This document shows, one piece after another, positions 1-8,486 of a stretch of 32,000 nucleotides of DNA. A program made the translations under genes and the position numbers. How positions within the stretch are numbered: position 1 is the stretch's first letter; every line of letters starts with the position of its first letter. Below the pieces are notes generated by a model. The model worked only from the letters and a program-made list of their open reading frames with translations, was not told the DNA's origin and did no database searches. Source of the DNA: Picosynechococcus sp. PCC 7002 (GTDB lineage Bacteria > Cyanobacteriota > Cyanobacteriia > Cyanobacteriales > MRBY01); contig NZ_CAWLFA010000001.1 of assembly GCF_963860125.1 (NCBI RefSeq), positions 1,847,930 to 1,879,929 on the forward strand. The letters run 5' to 3'.

Positions 1-326
1 ATTTTCTCATTATTAACGAGGATTGGTCTGAACCGAGAAAAACAACTTCAAATCTATAGGAAGATTTTGAGTTGAAACGGCTTTTTGACGGCAATGTCTT
101 CGTAGACTTTAATAAAAGCTTCCTCGGAAAAATTTACAAAAGTTTACAAAGCATCCTCAAGAAAGTTGTTTTGTTATTGCTAGTTGTCCCAAGGACTTAA
201 GCGTTTTTTTCTTCTCTCTAAACTACGATACAAAGGGTTTGTGCTGGGTTTAGGGGGAAGATTGTTTAAAGAAGTGTAACTATTGTTAGAGGGCTTGGCA
301 AGCGTATTACGGGAAATGTAATGGCG

Positions 327-758
327 CTAATGGCTTGGAGTTGGGTCTTTGTAGAGAGTGTTGGCTTGGTTTAATTGGGCGATCGCCTCTTCGGGACTGA
401 TGAGGCGTTTGATCATCACTTGACCGATGTTCTCGGTTTTGACCTTCGTGGGATCGGGCGTCACTTCCAGCATCAGGATCGGGTCGTCTACTTGGTAGAG
501 CCAGAGGCGCTCCCCCTGGTTTTCCATGGCGATGTTGGTGCGCTGAATCTTGGGGGGACGCCGCCAGGACAGAATATCCCAGGGGCCACCGGGTTCCCAA
601 ACGCGGCCAATGTGCCACCCTTCGGTGAGAAAAAAATATTGCATAAGCGAGAATTTAGGGCAGATCAATGTCCAAAATGATAGGCTCGATTGCCCTTTAT
701 ACCCAGGGGTGGGGTCAATAAATCGCAAATATTTTCTAGGTTTTACCATCGCGATCAA
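327..758 (-). CDS. hypothetical protein (family not recognised)
   Basis: 143-aa ORF lying 60 nt downstream of, and on the same strand as, the 818-1642 gene. It contains a HIP1 site. I recognise no diagnostic motif, and the start could be a later Met. Confidence 0.45.
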   Translation of the reverse strand: MIAMVKPRKYLRFIDPTPGYKGQSSLSFWTLICPKFSLMQYFFLTEGWHIGRVWEPGGPWDILSWRRPPKIQRTNIAMENQGERLWLYQVDDPILMLEVTPDPTKVKTENIGQVMIKRLISPEEAIAQLNQANTLYKDPTPSH

Positions 759-817
759 AAAACCCCCAAGGATTTTGGAGGTTTTTCAATCAAATCAAAG
801 GAACAATGATGATCCGC

Positions 818-1642
818 CTAGGCCCGCAACAGGGGGCGATCGCTTAAAACTTTAATCTCCGAATTGGCTTGGGAAAGGGCCGCTCGATTGACCTGGAGGC
901 GATTTGAAGCCACCGTGGTCACCTTAATTTCGTTACGGTCTACTAAGTTTAAAAAGGATTCAATGGACTGGAGCCCACAGGTGTCGTCCCCGGCCGTTGT
1001 TTTATAGTGGGTCGGGATAACAATCTTGGGACGCAGCAACTCTAGGGCTTGGAGCGCTTGGGCTGGGGTGTAACCCTTGGGGGGAATATTCTGTGGGTCG
1101 GCGTCGGTGCCCCCAACGGGGATCATCAGAATATCTGGGCTGCCCCCGGTCAAAATAAAATCATCGATGTCCACTTCTTCCCCAGCGCCGCCGAGGTGCA
1201 AGAGACTAATGCCTCCCTGGCGCCAGCTCCAGGCAATGTTGGGCGGGAAGCGCCAGCCCCGATAGCGTTCGATGTTGGCATGGGCGAGGCTAATGCCGTC
1301 AAAGGTGATGTTATTCACGGGATATTGTCCGGCTTGGAACAAAATCCTGGGGTCTCCGGGTAAACCATCGGTATAGCCTTCGTCGAACAGTTGGCTACTC
1401 AACAGGACAATGTCTGCTTGGGGAAATGTGTCCCGATAACCTGCGGTACAACTGAGGGCACGGAAGGGATTAATGAGAACCTTAGTCCCCGCACCACTGA
1501 CGGAAAAACAGGTGTGACCCAGCCATTCAATATCAAGGTTGCCGGTTTGGGCTTGGACGGTATTTTTTTGCAGCAGAGAAAAGCCGGCGATCGCCCCAAA
1601 AGCACTAATCCCTGCGGTCTGAATAAACTGTCTACGTTTCAT
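818..1642 (-). CDS. Tat-signal-bearing MBL-fold (UlaG/COG2220-like) metal-dependent hydrolase
   Basis: The N-terminus MKRRQFIQTAGISAFGAIAG...AQAQ looks like a twin-arginine signal peptide. It is followed by IEWLGHTCFSV..KVLINPF, typical of the beta-lactamase-fold hydrolase family. Confidence 0.7.
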   Translation of the reverse strand: MKRRQFIQTAGISAFGAIAGFSLLQKNTVQAQTGNLDIEWLGHTCFSVSGAGTKVLINPFRALSCTAGYRDTFPQADIVLLSSQLFDEGYTDGLPGDPRILFQAGQYPVNNITFDGISLAHANIERYRGWRFPPNIAWSWRQGGISLLHLGGAGEEVDIDDFILTGGSPDILMIPVGGTDADPQNIPPKGYTPAQALQALELLRPKIVIPTHYKTTAGDDTCGLQSIESFLNLVDRNEIKVTTVASNRLQVNRAALSQANSEIKVLSDRPLLRA

Positions 1643-1664
1643 GGTTATGTCGGGGAGCCCCTCA

Positions 1665-2288
1665 CTAATTCGTTACAAGCAGCGGTACAGGCGACAGAGT
1701 AGCGAGGAAATTCCGCAAAAGCTGTTTACCTGCCGTGGTTAAGATACTTTCGGGATGGAATTGTACCCCCTGGATATGGGGATAATCCCGATGTTGTACG
1801 CCCATAATCGTACCGTCATCCACCCAAGCAGTGACCTCTAAACAATCAGGACAATTATTTTTGTCGATCACCAAGCTATGGTAACGGGTGGCGGGGAATG
1901 GATTTTCTAAACCAGCAAATACCCCTTTGTTGGCATGGTGAATCGCGGAGATCTTGCCATGCATCAGGGTTGCGGCACCGATAATTTTGCCCCCAAACAC
2001 CTGGCCGATGCTTTGGTGTCCCAGACAAACCCCAAGGATAGGAAGTTCCTGGCCCAATTCTTTGATCACCGCCAAGGAAATCCCCGCGTCTTCTGGACGG
2101 CCTGGCCCCGGCGAAATGACGATGCCCGCAGGTTGTTTGGCACGAATTTCAGCGAGGGTAATTTTGTCGTTCCGATACACTTCGATGTCCTGGGCCACGG
2201 GTAATTCTTTGCCTAATTCGCCGAGGTATTGGACAAGGTTATAGGTGAAACTGTCATAGTTGTCGATGACGATGATCAAAGGGGTCAC
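1665..2288 (-). CDS. trpG: anthranilate/aminodeoxychorismate synthase component II (class I glutamine amidotransferase)
   Basis: Starts IIVIDNYDSFTYNLVQYLGELG. Has the catalytic Cys motif GVCLGHQ and the C-terminal GVQFHPES His/Glu motif. At 207 aa the length is typical of TrpG/PabA. Confidence 0.9.
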   Translation of the reverse strand: MTPLIIVIDNYDSFTYNLVQYLGELGKELPVAQDIEVYRNDKITLAEIRAKQPAGIVISPGPGRPEDAGISLAVIKELGQELPILGVCLGHQSIGQVFGGKIIGAATLMHGKISAIHHANKGVFAGLENPFPATRYHSLVIDKNNCPDCLEVTAWVDDGTIMGVQHRDYPHIQGVQFHPESILTTAGKQLLRNFLATLSPVPLLVTN

Positions 2289-2327
2289 ACTCCTTTAGAT
2301 AGTGATGGGGATTTGTGCGGGGTTGAG

Positions 2328-2816
2328 CTAGGGAAACAGGGAAATTTTTTGCGGTGAAAAATAGGATTTTACAGGGGTTAAGATAGCAGGCTCTAGGAGT
2401 GCTTGGAAGTGGGGCCAAGCGATTAATCCGGCAATGGCCACCGAGGCGATCGCCCCAATGAGTACTGCCGCCGCCGCGCAGTCTTTGGCAATTTTTGCGA
2501 GCTCATGGTAACTCTGCTGTACTGTGAGATCCACCACCGATTCGAGGGCTGTATTTAGCAACTCCAGGACAAGCACTAGGGCGACCATGGCTGTGAGGAT
2601 CGCTGTTTCTAGATAATTGAGGGACAACAGCCAACACATTGTCCACACAAAAACGGCGATCGCCAAGTGAATCCGAAAATTTCTCTGGGTGCGGGTGGCG
2701 TACACAATGCCCTGCCAAGCGTAACGGAAGCTCGCGAGGAGGTCAGGGGCCACTTTCCAGGCTAGCGATCGCCGTTCCCGGTCGGGGGGTGAGAGGATTT
2801 TTTTGTGCTGTGTCAT
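2328..2816 (-). CDS. dgkA: diacylglycerol kinase family membrane protein
   Basis: Multi-TM protein with the DgkA-type motif LELLNTALESVVDL. I placed the start at MTQHKK (ATG at 2816). The longer ORF to 2897 would overlap ybeY. Confidence 0.75.
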   Translation of the reverse strand: MTQHKKILSPPDRERRSLAWKVAPDLLASFRYAWQGIVYATRTQRNFRIHLAIAVFVWTMCWLLSLNYLETAILTAMVALVLVLELLNTALESVVDLTVQQSYHELAKIAKDCAAAAVLIGAIASVAIAGLIAWPHFQALLEPAILTPVKSYFSPQKISLFP

Positions 2817-2841
2817 CTTCTCCCTCAATAGAATCACCCCA

Positions 2842-3339
2842 TTATGGAATAAGTTGAACGTTTCGCAAGAGTACGGCTTGACGATCGAGCATTTCAATTA
2901 ACCGGGCTTCATCGGGATGATCCCACCCCAGCAGGTGCAATAAACCATGGCTCACCAACCAACCCAGTTCCGTTTGGAGGCTGTGCTGCCGTTCCTGGGC
3001 CTGGCGTTGGGCCGTTTCTACCGAAACAATAATGTCTCCCAGATAGAGCGGTTCCCCAGGGGGTAAGGGGCTAGCAAAATTATCTTCGAGGGCCGCAAAG
3101 GAAAGGACGTCGGTGGGTTGGTCTTTGTGGCGATATTGGTGATTGAGATTGTGGATTTCGGCGTCAGTGGTGAAGCGGAGGGTTAACTCGTAACCGTCGG
3201 CCGGGGGTAAAGCCGCTGTTAATTCCGGTAGCCACCGTTGAAGGTGATTTTCCCAAGGGGCGATCGCCAATTCAGGCAGTTCTAGACCAGAAGCATTTTC
3301 GACAAAAATTTCACACTCAAGCACGGGCTGCATCCCCAT
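2842..3339 (-). CDS. ybeY: rRNA maturation endoribonuclease YbeY
   Basis: Has the zinc-binding motif HGLLHLLGWDH near the C-terminus. Its 165-aa length and its position next to dgkA form a common conserved pairing. Confidence 0.9.
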   Translation of the reverse strand: MGMQPVLECEIFVENASGLELPELAIAPWENHLQRWLPELTAALPPADGYELTLRFTTDAEIHNLNHQYRHKDQPTDVLSFAALEDNFASPLPPGEPLYLGDIIVSVETAQRQAQERQHSLQTELGWLVSHGLLHLLGWDHPDEARLIEMLDRQAVLLRNVQLIP

Positions 3340-3519
3340 CTAACGGGTGAGGTAGGCCATGGTGACGAAAAACCCCAACAGGCCAGCGGTGGTGAGGAAA
3401 AAATGCCAGAGGGACTTACCCCCTTTGCGCACCATATTCCGCATGGCGAGCTTGACGTAGCTGGGTTTAGGTTCAGTGGCTTCTGGGGCCTGGTCGAGGG
3501 AAGTTTGGGATTCAGACAT
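3340..3519 (-). CDS. small membrane protein, DUF3285-like
   Basis: A 59-aa product from the internal Met MSESQT..., with VKLAMRNMVRKGG followed by one TM helix. Its stop codon directly abuts the ybeY start. The 117-aa version in the ORF track has an implausible N-terminal extension. Confidence 0.55.
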   Translation of the reverse strand: MSESQTSLDQAPEATEPKPSYVKLAMRNMVRKGGKSLWHFFLTTAGLLGFFVTMAYLTR

Positions 3520-3729
3520 GGTTCGGGACGAAGAATTTACGGCAACGGGTCGGAATTTTGAAAAAAATATTTGTTTGAAAAATGCCTCTCTAATGTAACA
3601 GTTTGTTGCAAAAAATAACGGCGGGAAGAGCCAACCCCTTGAGACGAGTTTTTCTGATACGTCGCTCCAGTTCTGGAACCCCATCCGATACACTGAATGC
3701 TTAAGGCGATCGCTGTTTGGGAAAAAATT

Positions 3730-4662
3730 ATGCGCATTTTAATTATTGGTGGTACCCGGTTTATTGGGGTTTATCTCACCCAAGTTTTATTGGCGGCAGG
3801 CCACGAGGTAGTGCTGTTTAACCGGGGCAATCATCCGGCACCGATGGGCGTAGGGCAAATTATTGGCGATCGCCAAGAGCCGGCGCAACTGAAGGAAAAA
3901 CTGGCTGGCGAAACCTTTGACGCGATTTTTGATAATAATGGCAGGGAACTCGCCCATACCCAGCCCCTCGCCGAAATTTTTGCTGGAAAAGTGAAGCATT
4001 TTGTCTATGTCAGTTCCGCTGGCGTTTATCTGCCCACTGACCAACCGCCCCACAAAGAAGCCGATCCCGTTGATCCCAACAGCCGCCACAAGGGGAAGCA
4101 CGAAACGGAGGCTTATTTGGCCCAGAGTGATTTGCCCTGGACATCGATCCGTCCCACCTACATTTACGGCGCAAAAAATTACAATGACCTGGAAGCTTGG
4201 TTCTTTGACCGCATCGTCCGCGATCGCCCGATTCCAATTCCTGGGGATGGGCAATTGATCACCCAGTTTGGCCATGTTTATGATCTGGCGACGGCCATGG
4301 CAGCGGTGCTAGATAATCCGAAAGCGATTGGACAAATTTACAATATTTCAGGCGATCGCTTTGTCACTTTTACCGGACTCGCAAAAGCCTGCGCCGTAGC
4401 AGCAGGGAAAGATCCCGATACGTTGGCATTGGTTTATTACAACCCCAAACAATTCGACCTCGGCAAACGCAAAGCCTTTCCGATCCGCGCCCAGCACTTC
4501 ATGGCAGATATCAATAAAGCCCTGAATGACCTCGACTGGCAACCGAAATATGATCTAGTGAGTGGCTTAAAAGATTCTTTCCAGAATGACTATCTCGCCA
4601 ATGGTCGAGACAAGGTTGACCTCGACTTCAGTCTTGATGACCAAATTTTAGGACAGCGATAG
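3730..4662 (+). CDS. NAD-dependent epimerase/dehydratase family (extended SDR) protein
   Basis: Rossmann motif MRILIIGGTRFIGVYL at the chosen start (ATG 3730). The 310-aa length and general layout fit the extended SDR family. Confidence 0.8.
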   Translation: MRILIIGGTRFIGVYLTQVLLAAGHEVVLFNRGNHPAPMGVGQIIGDRQEPAQLKEKLAGETFDAIFDNNGRELAHTQPLAEIFAGKVKHFVYVSSAGVYLPTDQPPHKEADPVDPNSRHKGKHETEAYLAQSDLPWTSIRPTYIYGAKNYNDLEAWFFDRIVRDRPIPIPGDGQLITQFGHVYDLATAMAAVLDNPKAIGQIYNISGDRFVTFTGLAKACAVAAGKDPDTLALVYYNPKQFDLGKRKAFPIRAQHFMADINKALNDLDWQPKYDLVSGLKDSFQNDYLANGRDKVDLDFSLDDQILGQR

Positions 4663-4672
4663 GAACCCGCCC

Positions 4673-5116
4673 ATGGCTACTAGCACCCTCACCGACATTT
4701 ACCGTTTCATTCAACAGGAAATTCCCAGCGCGACAGGCGATCGCCTCAACGCAACAACCGATCTTTTTGGCACCTTTGACATCCAGGCCGATGACTGTGC
4801 CACCTTTATAGAAAAATTCGCCCAGAAATTCAAAGTCGATCTTGATGGCTACCTTTGGTATTTTCACCACGGCGAAGCGGGCCTTAACCTTGGTGGATTT
4901 TTGATCAAGCCTCCCTACGAACGGGTTGAACGCATTCCTATCACCCCAGAAATTTTATTAAAAGCGGCCACCAAGCGCCGCTGGAAACTCAGCTATCCCG
5001 ACCACACCCTCCCGAAAAAACGTTGGGATATGGTGGTCAATAAAATTATTCTGTTCCTCGTCTTTTTCTACATCCTGAATCGTTTTGCGCCCCTCCTCAT
5101 CGAAAAATTCACCTAA
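4673..5116 (+). CDS. DUF1493-like protein with C-terminal TM helix
   Basis: The acyl-carrier-protein-like segment DLFGTFDIQADDCATFIEKFAQKFKVDLDGYLWYF resembles DUF1493. The hydrophobic C-terminus is IILFLVFFYILNRFAPLLI. This is recognition only, not verified. Confidence 0.45.
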   Translation: MATSTLTDIYRFIQQEIPSATGDRLNATTDLFGTFDIQADDCATFIEKFAQKFKVDLDGYLWYFHHGEAGLNLGGFLIKPPYERVERIPITPEILLKAATKRRWKLSYPDHTLPKKRWDMVVNKIILFLVFFYILNRFAPLLIEKFT

Positions 5117-5160
5117 AGGCGTTTACCATACGTCGAAGCAGTATTCGGGAAAATGTAGTG

Positions 5161-6702
5161 ATGAGTGCAAATCCAGAGGTAATCGTCATTGGTAGCGGCA
5201 TTGGCGGGCTTTGTTGTGCGGGTCTTTTGGCTCGTTATGGTTATGATGTTTTGGTCTTAGAAAGCCATGCGATCGCCGGTGGTGCGGCCCACAGTTTTAC
5301 CCGACAGGGCTACCACTTCGACTCTGGGCCATCTCTGTATTCTGGTCTTTCCTACAGCCCTTCCCCCAATCCCCTGCGGCAAGTCCTTGATCTCCTCGAA
5401 GAGGATTGCCAATGGCTCACCTACGATGCCTGGGGTGTTCACTTACCCGAAGGTTATTTCCGCGCTGCGGTGGGAGCCGATGGCTTCTGTGAAATGTTGA
5501 CCCAGATCGGTAAGGCTGATGCAATTCCCCAATGGCGCAAACTCCAAGAAACCATGCGTCCCCTCGGTGAAGCGGCGACAAAACTTCCCTTGGCGGCCTT
5601 TCGTAACGATCTCGGTGTTGTCCGCACCGTCGGTAAATATGCCAAAACTCTCTTGCCCTACCTTCCCTACACTCCCCAACTGAATGCCCCCTTTAGCCGG
5701 GTGATGGATCGCGTGATTACCGACCCCTTTATCCGTAACTGGCTAGATTTACTCTGTTTTATGCTGTCTGGATTGCCAGCCAACGGCACGATTTGCGCGG
5801 AGATGGCTTTTATGTTCGCTGACTGGTATCGTCCCCAAGTTTTGCTGGATTATCCCCAGGGAGGTAGCGGGGCGATTGTAGCGGCTCTGGTGCGGGGCCT
5901 CGAAAAATTTGGGGGCAAGCTGCGCCTGAATAGCCATGTGGAAAAAATCCTCACTGAAAATGGCAAGGCCACGGGGGTTCAACTCCGCAATGGTGAAATC
6001 CTTCAAGCACGACGGGCAGTGGTTTCTAACGCTTCTGTTTGGGATACCCTCAAGTTGATTGAGCCGCAAAATATTCCCCAAAAATTGCAGAAACGGGCTA
6101 ATAAAATGCAGCCCTGTCGCAGTTTTATGCACCTTCATTTAGGGATTGACAGCAGCAATTTGCCCGAAGATTTGGAGTGCCATTACCTCATCGTTGATGA
6201 CTGGGAAAAGGGAGTTGATGCGGCTCAAAATGTGGTCGCTGTTTCGATTCCTTCACTGCTGGATCCGGGCCTAGCGCCCCCAGGAAAACATAGTATCCAC
6301 GTTTATTTGCCTGCTACCGAAGACTATACACCCTGGGCAAACCTAGACCGTCGTTCCCCAGAATATGCTGCTTTCAAAGAAGAACGTTCCCAGGTTTTGT
6401 GGCAAGCCCTGGAAAAAGTGATCCCCGATATTCGTCAACGCACGGAATTAACCCTCGTTGGTACGCCTCTCACCCATAGTCGTTTCCTCAGACGCGATCG
6501 CGGTACCTATGGCCCCGCATTAAAAGCGGGCAAAGAACAGTTTCCGGGCTGTACAACACCCATCGCTCAGTTATTTTGCTGTGGAGATTCGACTTTTCCT
6601 GGGATCGGCATTCCGGCGGTGGCTGGGTCTGGGATGATTGCCGCCAATACCCTCAGTCCCCTGGGTCAACATTTACAAATTTTGCAGATGATTGCCGATT
6701 GA
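5161..6702 (+). CDS. FAD-dependent oxidoreductase of the phytoene desaturase / carotenoid isomerase (CrtISO-like) family
   Basis: N-terminal dinucleotide-binding motif VIVIGSGIGGLCCAGLLARYGYDVLVLE. The ~513-aa length and the C-terminal GDSTFPGIGIPAVAGSG motif are typical of the family. ATG at 5161 is preferred over the GTG at 5158. Confidence 0.75.
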   Translation: MSANPEVIVIGSGIGGLCCAGLLARYGYDVLVLESHAIAGGAAHSFTRQGYHFDSGPSLYSGLSYSPSPNPLRQVLDLLEEDCQWLTYDAWGVHLPEGYFRAAVGADGFCEMLTQIGKADAIPQWRKLQETMRPLGEAATKLPLAAFRNDLGVVRTVGKYAKTLLPYLPYTPQLNAPFSRVMDRVITDPFIRNWLDLLCFMLSGLPANGTICAEMAFMFADWYRPQVLLDYPQGGSGAIVAALVRGLEKFGGKLRLNSHVEKILTENGKATGVQLRNGEILQARRAVVSNASVWDTLKLIEPQNIPQKLQKRANKMQPCRSFMHLHLGIDSSNLPEDLECHYLIVDDWEKGVDAAQNVVAVSIPSLLDPGLAPPGKHSIHVYLPATEDYTPWANLDRRSPEYAAFKEERSQVLWQALEKVIPDIRQRTELTLVGTPLTHSRFLRRDRGTYGPALKAGKEQFPGCTTPIAQLFCCGDSTFPGIGIPAVAGSGMIAANTLSPLGQHLQILQMIAD

Positions 6703-6842
6703 AACCATCCTGCCATACCCTTCTCAGACATCCTCTAAGACTTGATGTGTCTTTTAGTCACGCAATAAATATTTTTTGACCCGGTAAGTCTTTTGACGGG
6801 TTTTATCTTTATGATGAAGAGCGTAGTCGATTTAGTGACACT

Positions 6843-7820
6843 ATGTCCCGCCAATTAGAGCGCCTACTGGAAATTGATCGCCTGATCCGTTCAAGAGAGC
6901 GGCAAACACAAGTGAGTCTTGCTCAGACCTTGGAAGTTTCAGAAAGAACAATTCGTAATGATGTTAATTTTTTGCGAGATCGCTATGATGCCCCGCTGGA
7001 GTACAACAGAAATCAGGGTTGGTACTATACCGACTCTAATTGGCGATTGCCCAGTACTCCGGTGACCCAAGGGGAACTTTTTGCCCTCACCCTCGGAGCA
7101 AGGATGCTGGAATCTTATTCAGGTTCTATTTATCAAATTCAATTGCGGGAAACTATTGAGCGAATTGCAAAACGTTTACCAGAACAGAGTGTGATTAATC
7201 TGCGACAGTTGGCAGAGGAACGAGTTCACTTCCGCGTTGGGGGAGAAATTCAACTAAATCCTGAGATTTGGCAAGCTCTCATTGAAGCCAGTGAGCGATC
7301 GCAGTCGGTGGTGATGCACTATTTTTCGCCGAAGCGTCGGGAAGTGTCAGAGCGTGGTTTTGATCCTTATGTTTTGGACATTTACCGAGCGAGTAATGCC
7401 TATGTGTGGGGTTATTGCCATTTACGGAACGAGGTTAGGCAATTTCGGATTGACCGGATTCGGAAGCTTGAACCCACAGGGCAAACCTTTGAGCGGCGGG
7501 AATTCGATTTGCAGGAGAAGCTGAAAAGCAGTTTTCAGTACGAGGTGGGTGGCAAAACCTATGATGTAGTGATCACCTTTAATGCTCAGACGGCTCCCTA
7601 TATTACGGAACGGCAATGGCATAGCACCCAAAGGATTGAAACCCATGCTGATGGGTCGATTACGCTGCGTTTTACGGCTTCGGGCTTGAACGATATGAAA
7701 CGCTGGATTCTCGGTTATGGCAGAGGGGCGATCGCCAAATCTCCTCCGGAACTGGTGAATATGCTGGAACGGGAAACAGCACAGATGGCACGGCAAAACG
7801 AAACAGGAGAATTTAAGTAG
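6843..7820 (+). CDS. HTH plus WYL-domain transcriptional regulator (CRISPR-Cas associated)
   Basis: The N-terminal DeoR/HTH_11-like segment is SLAQTLEVSERTIRNDVNFL. The central WYL-type segment is YVLDIYRASNAYVWGYCHLRNEVRQFRIDRI. The stop TAG (7818-7820) is followed directly by the cas6 ATG. Confidence 0.8.
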   Translation: MSRQLERLLEIDRLIRSRERQTQVSLAQTLEVSERTIRNDVNFLRDRYDAPLEYNRNQGWYYTDSNWRLPSTPVTQGELFALTLGARMLESYSGSIYQIQLRETIERIAKRLPEQSVINLRQLAEERVHFRVGGEIQLNPEIWQALIEASERSQSVVMHYFSPKRREVSERGFDPYVLDIYRASNAYVWGYCHLRNEVRQFRIDRIRKLEPTGQTFERREFDLQEKLKSSFQYEVGGKTYDVVITFNAQTAPYITERQWHSTQRIETHADGSITLRFTASGLNDMKRWILGYGRGAIAKSPPELVNMLERETAQMARQNETGEFK

Positions 7821-8486
7821 ATGAATTTTTTGGAAGTGCAGTTTGAGCTGCGGGGTAAAACGCTGCCTGCGGATCATGGTTACAGCCTCTATTCTGGGAT
7901 TAAACAGATTTGGCAACAGTCGGCATTAATCCCCGAACTGAATGAAGATATTTCCCCAGAGGTCTTAATCAGTAGTATTTCAGGGGTGGGGAATAAGCAG
8001 GGCATGATTTATCTAAATCGGCGATCTCGGTTTCGGTTGCGATGTCCGGCGGAACAGGCTCAGGTTTGGTATCGGGTTCTGCAAAATCAAGTCCTCGATC
8101 TTCAGGGTCATTTGGTGCGTTTGATTCAACCTCGTTTAACCGTTATTCAACCAGCCTCTACCCTGACTTCACGGTTAGTCGTTATCAAATTAGAGCAATG
8201 GGATAACCATACTGCACCTCAATATTTTCTGGAGTCCTGCCAAAAGGGTTTGGAACGCCTAGAAATCGAAGGTCAGCCTTTTATTGAAAGTTTGCCAGAT
8301 GGTGATTTGGCGCGGCGATCGCTCCGCATTAAGGGTAAGCACATTATGGGTTTTGGCGTGACTGTCGAAGGCTTAAGTGACAACGATTCTATTAAGTTGC
8401 AATGCCTAGGCTTAGGCGGTCGGGGTCATTTTGGTTGTGGTTGGTTCTATCCGAAAAAAGAGGAGGAACAAACTAATGCAGCCTAA
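7821..8486 (+). CDS. cas6: CRISPR repeat endoribonuclease Cas6 (Myxan/Cmx6-like)
   Basis: First cas gene of the operon, with SD AGGAG 11 nt upstream. It has a C-terminal glycine-rich loop GLGGRGHFGCGWF of the Cas6 type. The 221-aa size fits. Confidence 0.7.
   Translation: MNFLEVQFELRGKTLPADHGYSLYSGIKQIWQQSALIPELNEDISPEVLISSISGVGNKQGMIYLNRRSRFRLRCPAEQAQVWYRVLQNQVLDLQGHLVRLIQPRLTVIQPASTLTSRLVVIKLEQWDNHTAPQYFLESCQKGLERLEIEGQPFIESLPDGDLARRSLRIKGKHIMGFGVTVEGLSDNDSIKLQCLGLGGRGHFGCGWFYPKKEEEQTNAA

Noticed and set aside
1-326. A/T-rich 326-nt region with tandem TTTACAAA motifs, and a short plus-strand frame ending at 73-75 that could be the tail of a gene upstream of the window
   Set aside because: It has no ORF of useful length, no recognisable RNA motif, and no NtcA-type (GTA-N8-TAC) or other site I can support. 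The truncated frame cannot be evaluated from 24 codons.
6779-6810. Hairpin ACCCG-N13-CGGGT followed by TTTTATCTTT, as an intrinsic terminator for the crtISO-like gene
   Set aside because: A 5-bp stem with a 13-nt loop is too weak to call. The same bases are part of the direct repeats discussed as possible operators.
7422-7916. 164-aa antisense ORF across the WYL-regulator/cas6 junction, and similar long antisense or off-frame ORFs at 3787-4275, 15082-15579, 15162-15524 and 21548-22018
   Set aside because: Each lies fully within a well-supported gene on the other strand or in another frame. Their compositions are low-complexity and Arg/Pro/Ser-rich, typical of shadow ORFs.
8431-8475. N-terminal extensions offered by the ORF track (cas3 from 8431, cas2 from 16151, antitoxin TTG 13177, vapC TTG 13404, nadE 21564, sfsA to 24191, Uma2 30311, dgkA to 2897, DUF3285 to 3693, epimerase 3697)
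   Set aside because: In each case a downstream ATG has an SD-like sequence and the family's canonical N-terminus. It also removes a long overlap with the neighbouring gene. The extensions look like out-of-context read-through.
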